Below, piece by piece: positions 10,591 through 20,378 of a stretch of DNA of 64,000 bases. The stretch lies in sequence record SRR31156797_6845; one strand, 5' to 3'. Positions within the stretch are counted from its first letter, which is position 1. The number at the start of each line of letters is the position of its first letter. The notes beneath the pieces were generated by a model. That model did no database searches and had not been told where the DNA came from. It worked only from the letters and a program-made list of their open reading frames with translations. Position numbers and translations under genes: made by a program.

Positions 10591-11637
10591 TCAGCCGCCT
10601 ATACGCGACATTTGACCATGGCAATTATTGCCAGGATTTTTTAAGCGCTCTTCCAGCTGGTGGCCTTTTGGCTTGTTATGGATAGTTTCCAGCAAGGCCT
10701 TACATATATCCTCATCGCTTCCACCTTGCCTGATAACTGAACGTAAATCCACCTCATCGTCATGGAGAAGGCAGGATCTGAGTGCTCCAGATGAAGTAAG
10801 CCGCAACCGGTTGCATTGATCGCAGAAATGATGCGACATAGGGCTTATAAAACCAATCGAACCCACCGAATCTTCTCCGAGTCGATACACCTGGGCAGGA
10901 CCATCCGCCTGTAAGCGTTCCATGGGGATCAGTTCACCATGTGCTTCCAGACGCTGTTTTATTTCATCGGAGGAAATAAAGGTTTCATCGTTCCAACGAC
11001 TGGAGTCTCCAATGGGCATGAACTCAATAAATCGAATCTGCAGCGGCATTGTCTGAGAGAGACGAATAAAATCACCAATTTCATCGTCATTGATATTGCG
11101 CATAGCCACTACATTAACTTTCACAGGGTTAAATCCAACTTTCAAGGCTTTTTGCAATCCCTGCCAGACATCATTAAAACAGTCAACCCCGGTAATGGAA
11201 GCAAACCTTTCAGGACGGAGAGTATCCAGACTTACGTTTATTTTCGAAACACCTGCTTCAAAAAGTTCTTTAGCATATTTATTTAACAGCACCCCATTGG
11301 TGGTCAAACGCACATCTGTTAACTGCTCTATCGAGGTAAGGTCACGAATAAAGCCTAAAACATTTCTGCGAACGAGCGGTTCTCCACCTGTGAGCCTAAC
11401 TTTTGTAATCCCCATCCGAACAGCAACACGTACAACGCGCAGCATCTCTTCATAGGAGAGCAGGTCATCATGACCCAGTTTAACAAGGTCGCCTTTCCCT
11501 TCTTTTTCAGTGACACAGTACATGCATCGCAGGTTGCACCGATCAGTAAGGCTGAGGCGCAAGTAGGAAATGGAACGAGAAAACATATCAATAAGTTTGT
11601 TTTCACTGGGAAGGGAACTGGCTTTTTCTTGATTCAT
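10591..11637 (-). CDS. moaA: GTP 3',8-cyclase (molybdopterin biosynthesis)
   Basis: YLRLSLTDRCNLRCMYC, CDQCNRLRLT..C, terminal MSRIGG; start uncertain (11637 or 11670). Confidence 0.96.
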   Translation of the reverse strand: MNQEKASSLPSENKLIDMFSRSISYLRLSLTDRCNLRCMYCVTEKEGKGDLVKLGHDDLLSYEEMLRVVRVAVRMGITKVRLTGGEPLVRRNVLGFIRDLTSIEQLTDVRLTTNGVLLNKYAKELFEAGVSKINVSLDTLRPERFASITGVDCFNDVWQGLQKALKVGFNPVKVNVVAMRNINDDEIGDFIRLSQTMPLQIRFIEFMPIGDSSRWNDETFISSDEIKQRLEAHGELIPMERLQADGPAQVYRLGEDSVGSIGFISPMSHHFCDQCNRLRLTSSGALRSCLLHDDEVDLRSVIRQGGSDEDICKALLETIHNKPKGHQLEERLKNPGNNCHGQMSRIGG

Positions 11638-11726
11638 CGAGTAGTATGTCCGTAAATATTTATCCTTCAATTTTGCTCAACAGATACCACTGAATTGCTC
11701 TGATTGCAATAGCTCCCAAACCCCCT

Positions 11727-12734
11727 ATGCTTATTCTTGCCATTGAAAGCTCCTGCGACGATACAGCTGCCGCTGTATTCGAAGCTGAGACTAAAGATGT
11801 ATTATCTTCTGTTGTCAGTTCTCAAAATGACATACATGCTCGTTTTGGCGGCATTGTCCCTGAACTTGCCTCCCGCTGCCACATAGAGATGATCTGGCCC
11901 GTTGTTAATCAGGCACTTACCGATGCAGGTGTACAGCTTGATGACATTGAACTTATCAGTGCCACCCAGGGGCCAGGCCTCGTAGGCTCCCTGTTGGTCG
12001 GTTTTACCTATGCAAAATCACTTGCTCTCGTTCGTGGTATTCCCTGTGTTGGTGTCGATCATATGGCAGGTCACCTTTTATCGTGCATGCTGGAGCAGAA
12101 AAAGCCCACCTTCCCTTATACAGCTCTGATAGTTTCCGGAGGTAATACCTCTCTGTTTTCCGTTGACAGCCCTGTCAGCTACAAGCGCCTCGGACGTACC
12201 CGTGATGATGCCGCAGGTGAAGCTTTTGATAAGGTAGCTAAATTACTCGACCTTGGCTATCCAGGTGGGCCGGTTGTCAGTCAGTATGCCGTCGAAGGTG
12301 ACGCCAAAGCCATAGCCTTTCCCCGTGCATGGCTTGCTAAAGACAGTCTCGATTTCAGCTTCAGTGGTCTTAAGACATCGGTAATGAATTACGTCCATCA
12401 GCACCGTCAAAAAGGACAAGATATCGATATCAATAACATCTGCGCCTCTTTTCAAGAGGCTGTAGTTGATGTCCTGGTCAAAAAAACAGTCACCGCCGCC
12501 GAAAATAACAATCACCAACAAATAGTTATGGGGGGTGGCGTTGCATCAAATAAGCAATTACGAGAAAAGATGCAGCAAACATGCAACCGTGCAGGTATTG
12601 ATTTTTTTGTACCCCGCCCAGTCTACTGCACTGATAATGCTGCCATGATAGGCCTTGCCGGTTATTACCATTTTAAGAATGGCAGTATGGTCAATCTAGA
12701 TGACGATGCCTATTCCCGCTCCCCCTTAAATTAG
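11727..12734 (+). CDS. tsaD: tRNA threonylcarbamoyltransferase TsaD
   Basis: ILAIESSCDDT, GGIVPELASR, HMAGH, DDAAGEAFDK, CTDNAAMI. Confidence 0.97.
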   Translation: MLILAIESSCDDTAAAVFEAETKDVLSSVVSSQNDIHARFGGIVPELASRCHIEMIWPVVNQALTDAGVQLDDIELISATQGPGLVGSLLVGFTYAKSLALVRGIPCVGVDHMAGHLLSCMLEQKKPTFPYTALIVSGGNTSLFSVDSPVSYKRLGRTRDDAAGEAFDKVAKLLDLGYPGGPVVSQYAVEGDAKAIAFPRAWLAKDSLDFSFSGLKTSVMNYVHQHRQKGQDIDINNICASFQEAVVDVLVKKTVTAAENNNHQQIVMGGGVASNKQLREKMQQTCNRAGIDFFVPRPVYCTDNAAMIGLAGYYHFKNGSMVNLDDDAYSRSPLN

Positions 12735-12801
12735 GCTGACAGTAACAGATTGCTGCAGCACCTCCTAAATTCCCCATTACCCATCATTTTCTCTATTTCA
12801 T

Positions 12802-13659
12802 ATGGCTTATCAGCAGACCAGAACAATCCTTAAAAAAGAAGGCCTTGCTCCCAAAAAGAAACTTGGACAAAATTTTCTCGTCCACCAACACACAGCAGAT
12901 CGCATTGCCAGATCAGCAGATCTTGAAAAGACAGATACGGTAATCGAGGTAGGGGTAGGTCTCGGTGCTCTGACAATGCCTCTTGCGAGCATGGCAGGAA
13001 AGGTTATTGGCATTGAAGCTGATTCAGGAATTGTGAGGATGCATAATGAACAGGGAAACCTGCCGCCCAATGTTGTCCTTCGCCATGAGGATATTCTCAA
13101 AACCAATTTACCTGCCCTGACAAATGAAACCCAGGCGAGATTAAAAATCGTTGCCAACCTCCCCTACTCCATCTCTTCCCCTTTTCTCTTTCGTTTAATA
13201 GAGTTCAGCGACTGTATCCATTTTGCAGTGGTTATGGTTCAGAAGGAAGTGGCCGAACGGCTCATGGCAAAACCTGGAACAAAAGCCTATGGTGCCCCAA
13301 CAGTACTGCTTGCAAGCTGTGCTGTCGTCGAACCCCTCCTGCTTGTTAAACCTGCAGAATTCCACCCCAAGCCAAAGGTGGACTCAATGGTCATTAAAAT
13401 TGCTTTCTTCCCCAGCTCGGAGCGGGTACAAGCGATTGGTGCATATGATAAAAAGTTTTTTAAACGTGTTGTTAATGCAGCCTTTGGTCAACGCCGTAAA
13501 ACGCTTGTCAATGCATTATCAGCAGGTTTCAAGACCAGCAGCAAGCAAGAAATCGCCCAATGCATACAACACGCTGATATTGATCCAGGGATTCGGGCTG
13601 AAAAGCTTGAACTCGAAGATTTTGTTCGACTGAGTTCTTTCCTCCACAGTAAAGAGTAA
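12802..13659 (+). CDS. rsmA: 16S rRNA dimethyltransferase RsmA/KsgA
   Basis: KKLGQNFL, EVGVGLGALT, VANLPYSIS, MVQKEVAER, QRRKTL. Confidence 0.96.
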   Translation: MAYQQTRTILKKEGLAPKKKLGQNFLVHQHTADRIARSADLEKTDTVIEVGVGLGALTMPLASMAGKVIGIEADSGIVRMHNEQGNLPPNVVLRHEDILKTNLPALTNETQARLKIVANLPYSISSPFLFRLIEFSDCIHFAVVMVQKEVAERLMAKPGTKAYGAPTVLLASCAVVEPLLLVKPAEFHPKPKVDSMVIKIAFFPSSERVQAIGAYDKKFFKRVVNAAFGQRRKTLVNALSAGFKTSSKQEIAQCIQHADIDPGIRAEKLELEDFVRLSSFLHSKE

Positions 13660-13743
13660 AAATATCTTGTAAAAACGCTTTGTTTAGTGCTCTGCGTCGT
13701 ATACAGTTACACAACGTTTACCTCTGATATCTTTTATATATTT

Positions 13744-14259
13744 GTGAACCCTAAGCGACTCATAGTCTATTATTATCTGCGCCTGCGCAGACTGCAGGGA
13801 AACCCGAGGGCTCTTGCCATGGGTGCTGCGGTAGGTGCAGCCATAGGCATTACCCCCACCCTCCCTTTTCACACAGTAATGATACTGACCGCGTGTCTTA
13901 TTATGCGCGTCAATCCCATTGCCGCCATTATTGGCGGTACTATAGTCAGTAATCCATTGACGTTTATTCCGCATTACTACGCAGCTTGGTGGCTGGGCAA
14001 TTTCTTTTTACCAGACCGGCTCACATGGCTGCAAATTAAAGAACTGCTCTTCCGTCTCAAAAATGCTGGCATAGTCGACAGCCTGCATACCATATGGGAA
14101 GTAGGCTTAAATACGAGTCTGGTCATGATGACAGGTGGAATGCTGCTGGCCATTCCCACCGGTATCATCACCTATATATTAGCCTTAAAATTCTTTGTTA
14201 CCATGCACCGTAAACGTCGAGAAAAACACTTGCTTAATCACAAGCAGAAACAGGTCTAA
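13744..14259 (+). CDS. DUF2062-family membrane protein
   Basis: P..LA.G.A.G..IG.TP, SNPLT motif; start uncertain (13687 or 13744). Confidence 0.8.
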   Translation: MNPKRLIVYYYLRLRRLQGNPRALAMGAAVGAAIGITPTLPFHTVMILTACLIMRVNPIAAIIGGTIVSNPLTFIPHYYAAWWLGNFFLPDRLTWLQIKELLFRLKNAGIVDSLHTIWEVGLNTSLVMMTGGMLLAIPTGIITYILALKFFVTMHRKRREKHLLNHKQKQV

Positions 14260-14264
14260 GCAGC

Positions 14265-15437
14265 ATGCAGAACTTTGTGTTTCACAATCCTACAAAAATT
14301 CTTTTCGGTAAACAGACCCTGCCGTCCATCGGCCCAGAAACCAAGGCATTCGGCACTAGGGCTATGCTTGTTTATGGTCAGCAGAGTCTTAAAGAAAACG
14401 GCACATACCAGCAGATTATGCAGTCTCTTACCGATGCTGGAGTTGTTGTTACCGAGTTTGGCAACATCCAGGCAAACCCGTTGCTTTCTCGTGTCAGAGA
14501 AGGGATACAGGTGGCAAAACAGGAAAAAGTTGAGGTACTTATCGGTGCAGGAGGAGGTTCAGTTATCGACACGGCCAAAGCCATTGCAGCCGGGGCAGTA
14601 GTCGAACATGATGTCTGGAAATTTTTCACTGGAAAAAAAGGAGTTAAGGGTACCCTTCCGGTTAATACGGTACTAACGCTGCCAGCATCAGGGTCGGAAA
14701 TGAATTCTGGAATGGTATTGACCCATGATGATAAACAACAAAAATTCGGCTTCGGGCATCGCTTTCTGTTTCCCAAAACCTCTATCCTTGACCCTGAACT
14801 TACCTATACTGTGCCGCCTGGTTACACTGCGTACGGGGCGGTGGATGCTGTTTCCCATATCCTAGAATTTTACCTTACTACCCAAGACCCTGACACACCT
14901 GTCCAAGACAAATTCATGGAAGGCCTGATTGCCAGTATCATGACAGCTTGCAAACGCTGCCTTATAGACCCAAGAAATTATGGCGGCAGAGCAAGCCTGA
15001 TGTGGTCAGCGACTCTTGCCCTTAACGGGCTAACAGCTGCGGGGCTAGGACGGGTCGGGTTTCCCATGCACCTGCTGGAACACTCTCTTAGCGGTCTTTA
15101 CAACACTGCACATGGGGCAGGATTAGCAGCACTGCTGCCTGGATGGTTGCAGTATTATAAAGAAACTGCGCCAGAACGTTTGGCTATGCTTGGCCGAGGA
15201 ATTTTTCCTGAAAGAATACCAGAGGATGCGCCGGCATCTGAAATGGCAAACCAGTTTATCGGCCTGCTGCTCCAGTGGCTGAAACAAATCAACGTTCCCA
15301 CGTCACTTCCTGAACTGGGAGTTGCAGCTGCTGACATACCAGCCATTGCCGAACACTCCAATGGGCTTGCTAAAATATGGCGCCTGCGAGAATACTCGCA
15401 GCCATTACTAGAGAGTATCCTCTTCCGCTGCTGTTAA
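14265..15437 (+). CDS. Iron-containing alcohol dehydrogenase (butanol dehydrogenase-like)
   Basis: NFVFHNPTKILFG, GGGSVIDTAK, GSEMN, HLLEHSLS, HGAGLA. Confidence 0.92.
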   Translation: MQNFVFHNPTKILFGKQTLPSIGPETKAFGTRAMLVYGQQSLKENGTYQQIMQSLTDAGVVVTEFGNIQANPLLSRVREGIQVAKQEKVEVLIGAGGGSVIDTAKAIAAGAVVEHDVWKFFTGKKGVKGTLPVNTVLTLPASGSEMNSGMVLTHDDKQQKFGFGHRFLFPKTSILDPELTYTVPPGYTAYGAVDAVSHILEFYLTTQDPDTPVQDKFMEGLIASIMTACKRCLIDPRNYGGRASLMWSATLALNGLTAAGLGRVGFPMHLLEHSLSGLYNTAHGAGLAALLPGWLQYYKETAPERLAMLGRGIFPERIPEDAPASEMANQFIGLLLQWLKQINVPTSLPELGVAAADIPAIAEHSNGLAKIWRLREYSQPLLESILFRCC

Positions 15438-15461
15438 CCCCATTAACAAGAAGAGACTTGT

Positions 15462-17909
15462 TTAAAAGCTGAAAAGTTTTTTATACTTGATATAAAAAGA
15501 CATTTCTTCAAGTTCTGGTTGCTCCAAGACATCATTTTCAATAGCCCCAAACTTGGCCCCAACAAAAAAAGTATTAAGTTGGGTCGGCTTCCAGGCAAAG
15601 AGTAACTCGACATTGATGTCATGCTCAAGTTCGTCTTCGTCATCGTACAGATATAACTCTGGATCTTTTTCGACGTAGTCGTCAATAATTGTCAGCCGAA
15701 AGAAAGATCCCGTATCAAGGTGGTACAAAGCCGTGACACCGAGGTAATTCTCTGTAAAAAGTCTCCCGTCATCAACATCAAGTTGGCGATAGATATCTTT
15801 AATACTTAGTTCAATGTGATCAGTTACACTCCAACGAATTTCCGGTTTAATCTCAATAATATCACCGAGACGGTAGTTGTCGGTATCTATTTGAGTACCA
15901 ATTTTACCTGTAACGATAAATCGAAAATTTTTGAATACAGATGTCTCAATTCGCGTCTCAAGCTGATCCTCCGTGAAGTACCTGCTATTTCCATCAATCT
16001 CCAGTGTGTTTTGTAAAAAACGTTTCGCTGTCCGATCTCGATTTCGGTACCCAAGGCGAAACCATGTCTGGTACAAGCCCCAATAGTTTAGCCAAACCTC
16101 TTTAGACTCATTGAGCAATTCACCATCTTGACTTTCTAGACGCACATAGTTGAGTGAGGGCCGGAAACGTACCTTTCCTTTGTCTTTGACTTCAGTATAA
16201 TAATTCAACCCTCCACTAAGAGAGTAGAGCCGATAGTCTACTCGAGTCATATACCCAAGATCTGCACGGAAATCTTCTCCGACATCTAAATACCTGGCGG
16301 CTAAATAGCCTTCACGCCGATTATATTTATAGCGAAGATGTACGGCATCATCCAAATACGTTTGATCGGGATTCGCTCTAAGCACTTGTTCATTTAATGG
16401 CGTCACTCCTGGTATGCCGATCGTATCTTCAGGGTCATCGCATGCGCCATCTTCGTCGCACAGCTCATTGACAATTTCTTCAGGATACTCTGTACCAGAG
16501 TAGAGCCACTGTAACCTAACTTCATTGTGCACTTTGAACTTCTTATAAAAATCAACACCGCCTACAATATTGTAATAATCAGAACCATCGGTTCGTAGTG
16601 TTGAAATCAGCCCGAGTGCACTTCCAGGACTTTGATTAAAGCGATACCGAAAGGCTCCAGAGGTACTATACTTGTCGAGGTCTACACGGTCGGATGAAAG
16701 ATTTCCTGGAACAATCAAGCTCATCTCACGATCATATACAAAAAAATTCCCAGTGGTTAATCTATTAATACTGCCAGAGGCATTGACACCCCCAATTGGG
16801 TCCTCAATATTTCTTGTGTATACGAGATCGAACGGTGTTCCAAAATTTTCGATACTTTTCAAAAAAAAGGGACGCTTTTCAACATCCAGTGGGGTGAACG
16901 GATCATTGATACTAAAGTCCGTCAGGTCGGCTTCGACTTCAAGAAAATTTGGATTGATGGTTGCCCAAAAGCCAAAAGACGGTGTCGGTTTATAGCCAAG
17001 ATCTAAACTCACTTCCGACTTATACTTCTGCTCCCAGCTTTCATCTTCTACCGGATCTCGTTCATGCTCGTTTAACAGTGTTAATCCCGGAACGAGATAT
17101 ATTTTTTTTGGAGGTAACTCTGGTCGTTCATAAACAGTCCTTACTGTGATCGCACTGAGATGGTGCCGAACCTCACGGGGATAATGACGTTTGAACAGTA
17201 GGATTCTCTTTTTGACGTTCTTATCAACAGATATTTCAAGGGTATCAAATGGAATCTTCATTTCAACTTGATACCCAGTATCCGTTATTTTTGTTGCTGC
17301 TGTCCAGTCTGCATCCCAGTCACGGGCACGAGTATCATCCACTCGGTTCCTCACCCAATCACCTTGAACCCCCTTGGCATTGACGAAAAATTCATACGTT
17401 TCGAGTAATTGCCCAGAAGGGTCTATCGCTACACCGACATAATCATCTAGTTCAATGCCGTCTCTATCACGTAACGGTGCTTGTATTTCAGCAGGCGTTG
17501 GGTCAAAAGCTTCAAAAGCGAAAACAAGGCTGTCTTCATGGCGACCTACACGAACGAGAGTCTTTACAGGAGCAGCTTCAAGCCTTGCGGGGTAGGTCTC
17601 GAAAACGATTTCATACTCTGCCGCAGACTTCCAACCAACATCATCAATATTTCCATCAATTGTCAATTCACCGCTAATTTCTGGAGTATGCAGTTCCTTG
17701 ACTTGGAGTAATTCACGAAGGTCCTCAATTTGATCTTGAGGCTCATTGGAATCGTCCTCTGACGAAGTGCTTTCTGCAAATGAAACAACTGGGAATATGC
17801 AACAAAGAGCTATCCAAAACGATACAAGATATGGTCTTAAAGATTTTCTTTGTTGCACAAAGATGCCTTGTTCATTTGCGCAATAATATGAATAGAAATA
17901 CTTAATCAA
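15462..17909 (-). CDS. CBM9-like/DUF5916-type outer-membrane protein
   Basis: Signal-like N-terminus, IDGNIDD..W, YEFFVN..GVQ.D, INPNF.EVEAD, EKRPFF, YTRNI; terminal Phe; start uncertain. Confidence 0.75.
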   Translation of the reverse strand: MIKYFYSYYCANEQGIFVQQRKSLRPYLVSFWIALCCIFPVVSFAESTSSEDDSNEPQDQIEDLRELLQVKELHTPEISGELTIDGNIDDVGWKSAAEYEIVFETYPARLEAAPVKTLVRVGRHEDSLVFAFEAFDPTPAEIQAPLRDRDGIELDDYVGVAIDPSGQLLETYEFFVNAKGVQGDWVRNRVDDTRARDWDADWTAATKITDTGYQVEMKIPFDTLEISVDKNVKKRILLFKRHYPREVRHHLSAITVRTVYERPELPPKKIYLVPGLTLLNEHERDPVEDESWEQKYKSEVSLDLGYKPTPSFGFWATINPNFLEVEADLTDFSINDPFTPLDVEKRPFFLKSIENFGTPFDLVYTRNIEDPIGGVNASGSINRLTTGNFFVYDREMSLIVPGNLSSDRVDLDKYSTSGAFRYRFNQSPGSALGLISTLRTDGSDYYNIVGGVDFYKKFKVHNEVRLQWLYSGTEYPEEIVNELCDEDGACDDPEDTIGIPGVTPLNEQVLRANPDQTYLDDAVHLRYKYNRREGYLAARYLDVGEDFRADLGYMTRVDYRLYSLSGGLNYYTEVKDKGKVRFRPSLNYVRLESQDGELLNESKEVWLNYWGLYQTWFRLGYRNRDRTAKRFLQNTLEIDGNSRYFTEDQLETRIETSVFKNFRFIVTGKIGTQIDTDNYRLGDIIEIKPEIRWSVTDHIELSIKDIYRQLDVDDGRLFTENYLGVTALYHLDTGSFFRLTIIDDYVEKDPELYLYDDEDELEHDINVELLFAWKPTQLNTFFVGAKFGAIENDVLEQPELEEMSFYIKYKKLFSF

Positions 17910-17920
17910 GGCTTATACAG

Positions 17921-18373
17921 TTAGTCTACCGAATAACCACGGCTCTTCATACAATCATTATAACTCTTGTTATATGCAGAGGGGTCACCAGCCGGTGGTG
18001 CAGCCTGGGCCTCCTTTTTTGCCTGACGTCGATTACGAGCACCGCCGGCTACGGCGCCCGTAGCGGCGCCAATCTCAGCAGCGTCATCATACCTTTCATC
18101 ATCACCAACGACTTCAACTGTCCCGCCAACAATTGCTCCTTTTGCAGCTCCCCGAGCAGCTCCTCTTAGGCCAGCCCCCCGTTCAGGCTGCGAAGTTGTT
18201 GCAGGTGCGGATGGATCATAGCCGCTTGAAGATTTAGCGTGTTCCTGACAGGCAGCTTGATCACTCGCCTGTTGAGCCGGATCAGGTGCTCCTTCTGTTT
18301 GGGCAAAACTAAGAGATGATCCAGCAACAAAAAATAATGATATAATGGCACATTGTAATGTTTTCACGCTCAT
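17921..18373 (-). CDS. Exported glycine-zipper protein (YMGG-like)
   Basis: Signal peptide, DQAAC, GAARGAAKGAIVG...GAATGAVAGG, C-terminal CMKSRGYSV; GGAG SD before ATG 18373. Confidence 0.75.
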   Translation of the reverse strand: MSVKTLQCAIISLFFVAGSSLSFAQTEGAPDPAQQASDQAACQEHAKSSSGYDPSAPATTSQPERGAGLRGAARGAAKGAIVGGTVEVVGDDERYDDAAEIGAATGAVAGGARNRRQAKKEAQAAPPAGDPSAYNKSYNDCMKSRGYSVD

Positions 18374-18571
18374 GAACAATATCTCCGTAAAGATGAATAA
18401 AAATAGATATCTACTAGACAAACTACACAATACAACAACCTATTGGACTTCACCGAAGAATGGATTGTAAACAATGGAGTTTACAAATCGCACTTTGTTA
18501 TACTGTCGTGCAGTGAAGGTTGCACCTGCACTTAGGGAATAAAAAATAAACAACGAACATCATGCTCTATT

Positions 18572-18745
18572 ATGAACCAAAGTCAGGCTTTTCTCCATTG
18601 CCTAATACCTGAGAAGCTTGAAATCAACAGGTTATTACCCATACGCGTCAATTTGCCGATTCCTCCACCAAAAGGGCCGGTCCATCTCTGGTCACTTATT
18701 TTTTTACGGCCAGCAGTTGTGATTGGCGCCGAGGTGAGGTGAGGT
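18572..18745 (-). pseudogene. Degenerate 3' fragment of an outer-membrane barrel gene (family often auto-annotated 'neuromedin U')
   Basis: Minus strand reads LTSAPITTA..SDQRWTGPFGGGIGKLTRMG, then after frameshifts PVDFKL and KPDFG; no start or upstream part. Confidence 0.6.
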
Positions 18746-18750
18746 GAGGT
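18731..18750. repeat. Pentanucleotide tandem repeat (GAGGT)x4
   Basis: gaggtgaggtgaggtgaggt. Confidence 0.9.
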
Positions 18751-18772
18751 AAGAATACTATCAACAAAGTGT

Positions 18773-19525
18773 TCATAAGCGAAAAGCAAGTCCAAACATC
18801 GGGCCATGAGTAATAGTATCATAGACAAATCTATCTGGAGTACCTTCGGTACCAGTGCTATAGTCAACCGATAGGGCACGATATTCAAATATCAGTGTAA
18901 GGTAGTCTGTAACATCCCATGCGACTCCGCCTTGCAGGTTCCAGGTAAAATCAGAACCTACTCCGAAACCTCCTATATCGCCCTTAATGATGAGGGACCA
19001 ATTCTCAGCAATTTGCGGCATCCAGCGAATGCCGACAACAGGATCTACCCAGGCCTCATCACTTTCAGCCTGCCTAGTACCGTTTATATTGACATCAACA
19101 TCCATGTCCCACCAGCGGACACCACCATAAAAAGCAAGAGGGTCTTCAATGGTCTTGATCCTGTACATGGCATAACCTTCAAGAATTTTCTGAAAAATAT
19201 CTGTTTCAGTAGTGGTTAAGCCACCAGCTCCTGTCGCTGTACTGCTGAGGTCCATAAAATTATATGCCAGGCTGAACCCATAGCCACTTACATGTTGCGC
19301 TTCAGCATGGATCATTCCTCCTAGCTGCAGCGAATCGAAGATGTCATCAGAAGTAATATCTATATCAGCACCCTCAATGGCACCAACAGAGGAATCACCG
19401 GTAATGTATGGCAGCAACAGGTAAGGGGCTATCACGAAATCCCATTTATCGGCAGCATGGCATACTTTTGGAGAAAGGAACAATGAGAGAAGACATAAAT
19501 AGATAACATGATGGGTTTTTATCAC
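18773..19525 (-). CDS. Outer-membrane beta-barrel protein
   Basis: Signal peptide, W.F.IAPYL, WVDPVVGIR, GDIGGFGVGSDFTW, C-terminal GPMFGLAFRL; GTG 19525 after GGAGG. Confidence 0.8.
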   Translation of the reverse strand: MIKTHHVIYLCLLSLFLSPKVCHAADKWDFVIAPYLLLPYITGDSSVGAIEGADIDITSDDIFDSLQLGGMIHAEAQHVSGYGFSLAYNFMDLSSTATGAGGLTTTETDIFQKILEGYAMYRIKTIEDPLAFYGGVRWWDMDVDVNINGTRQAESDEAWVDPVVGIRWMPQIAENWSLIIKGDIGGFGVGSDFTWNLQGGVAWDVTDYLTLIFEYRALSVDYSTGTEGTPDRFVYDTITHGPMFGLAFRL

Positions 19526-19653
19526 GATCACCTCCGCATAGTTTGGAAAAAGGTAGAAGGAACAATGAGCTGATTGTAACTGTTTATTGCAATGATGCAG
19601 GGACTGCCTAGTGTCGTAACCCCATAATAGTAACTCATCCCATGTATGCACAA

Positions 19654-19693
19654 AGTTTATCCCAAGAACACGTATTCGTTCTTGGGATAAGCT
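19654..19693 (-). terminator. Hairpin/terminator after SYLF gene
   Basis: TTATCCCAAGAAC...GTTCTTGGGATAA inverted repeat. Confidence 0.7.
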
Positions 19694-19701
19694 ATTACCT
19701 A

Positions 19702-20268
19702 TTATTCAATGTCGAGTTTCTTAAAGCTTGAGCCTTCCCATGAGAGGTCAGCCATCAAACCTTTATCTCCGAAAATAAACGAAACAATGTCCTTTTTAAG
19801 ATTGGTAGTGTCAATGTCACCGCCTGCGCCAACTTTGGCTACGGCAACAGAAGCATCCACGCCGAATTCCCATTCGCGCTTACCACTGGTGAAACTTGCC
19901 AACACTTCGTCAGTATTCAATACAAGAATCATAGAATGCTTTGCCACTCCGAGAAGGGCGCCGGCCTTAAGAGCTCGTGTACTGTAATAGAGAGGCTCTG
20001 TACTCCCATCTGTCAGCACGCATTTACCTCCTTCATAACCAATACCAATACCCATTTTTTTGATGTCAGGACAGACCACAACACCTTTCGCGCCGGCAAA
20101 AACGGCATCTGCTCCTTTTGTCTCTGCTTTAAATTTTGCTGCTACGGCCTTGGACTCAGCCAAAAGTTCAGCGGCTTCGTCTGAGGTAAAAGCTGCCATT
20201 GCAAAACTAGACATAAGTAGAACAGTGATACTTGAGATGATCGATGAATAAATCATTTTTTGTAACAT
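19702..20268 (-). CDS. Exported lipid-binding SYLF/Ysc84-domain protein
   Basis: Signal peptide, AKGVVVCP..K.G.GIG.E.G, GVDASVA, KGLMA.LS.EGS. Confidence 0.85.
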   Translation of the reverse strand: MLQKMIYSSIISSITVLLMSSFAMAAFTSDEAAELLAESKAVAAKFKAETKGADAVFAGAKGVVVCPDIKKMGIGIGYEGGKCVLTDGSTEPLYYSTRALKAGALLGVAKHSMILVLNTDEVLASFTSGKREWEFGVDASVAVAKVGAGGDIDTTNLKKDIVSFIFGDKGLMADLSWEGSSFKKLDIE

Positions 20269-20307
20269 GGTTTTCTTCTCCTCTTCTGGTTTTTGGAACG
20301 GCTTAAT

Positions 20308-20331
20308 GATAATCGTCTAAAGACGATTATC
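20308..20331. promoter_or_regulatory. Perfect 11-bp inverted repeat, putative operator
   Basis: GATAATCGTCT-AA-AGACGATTATC, 40 nt upstream of SYLF start. Confidence 0.5.
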
Positions 20332-20378
20332 TCCTGGTTTACTACTTATAATATTGATTTGTTTGAGGTGATTCTTCC

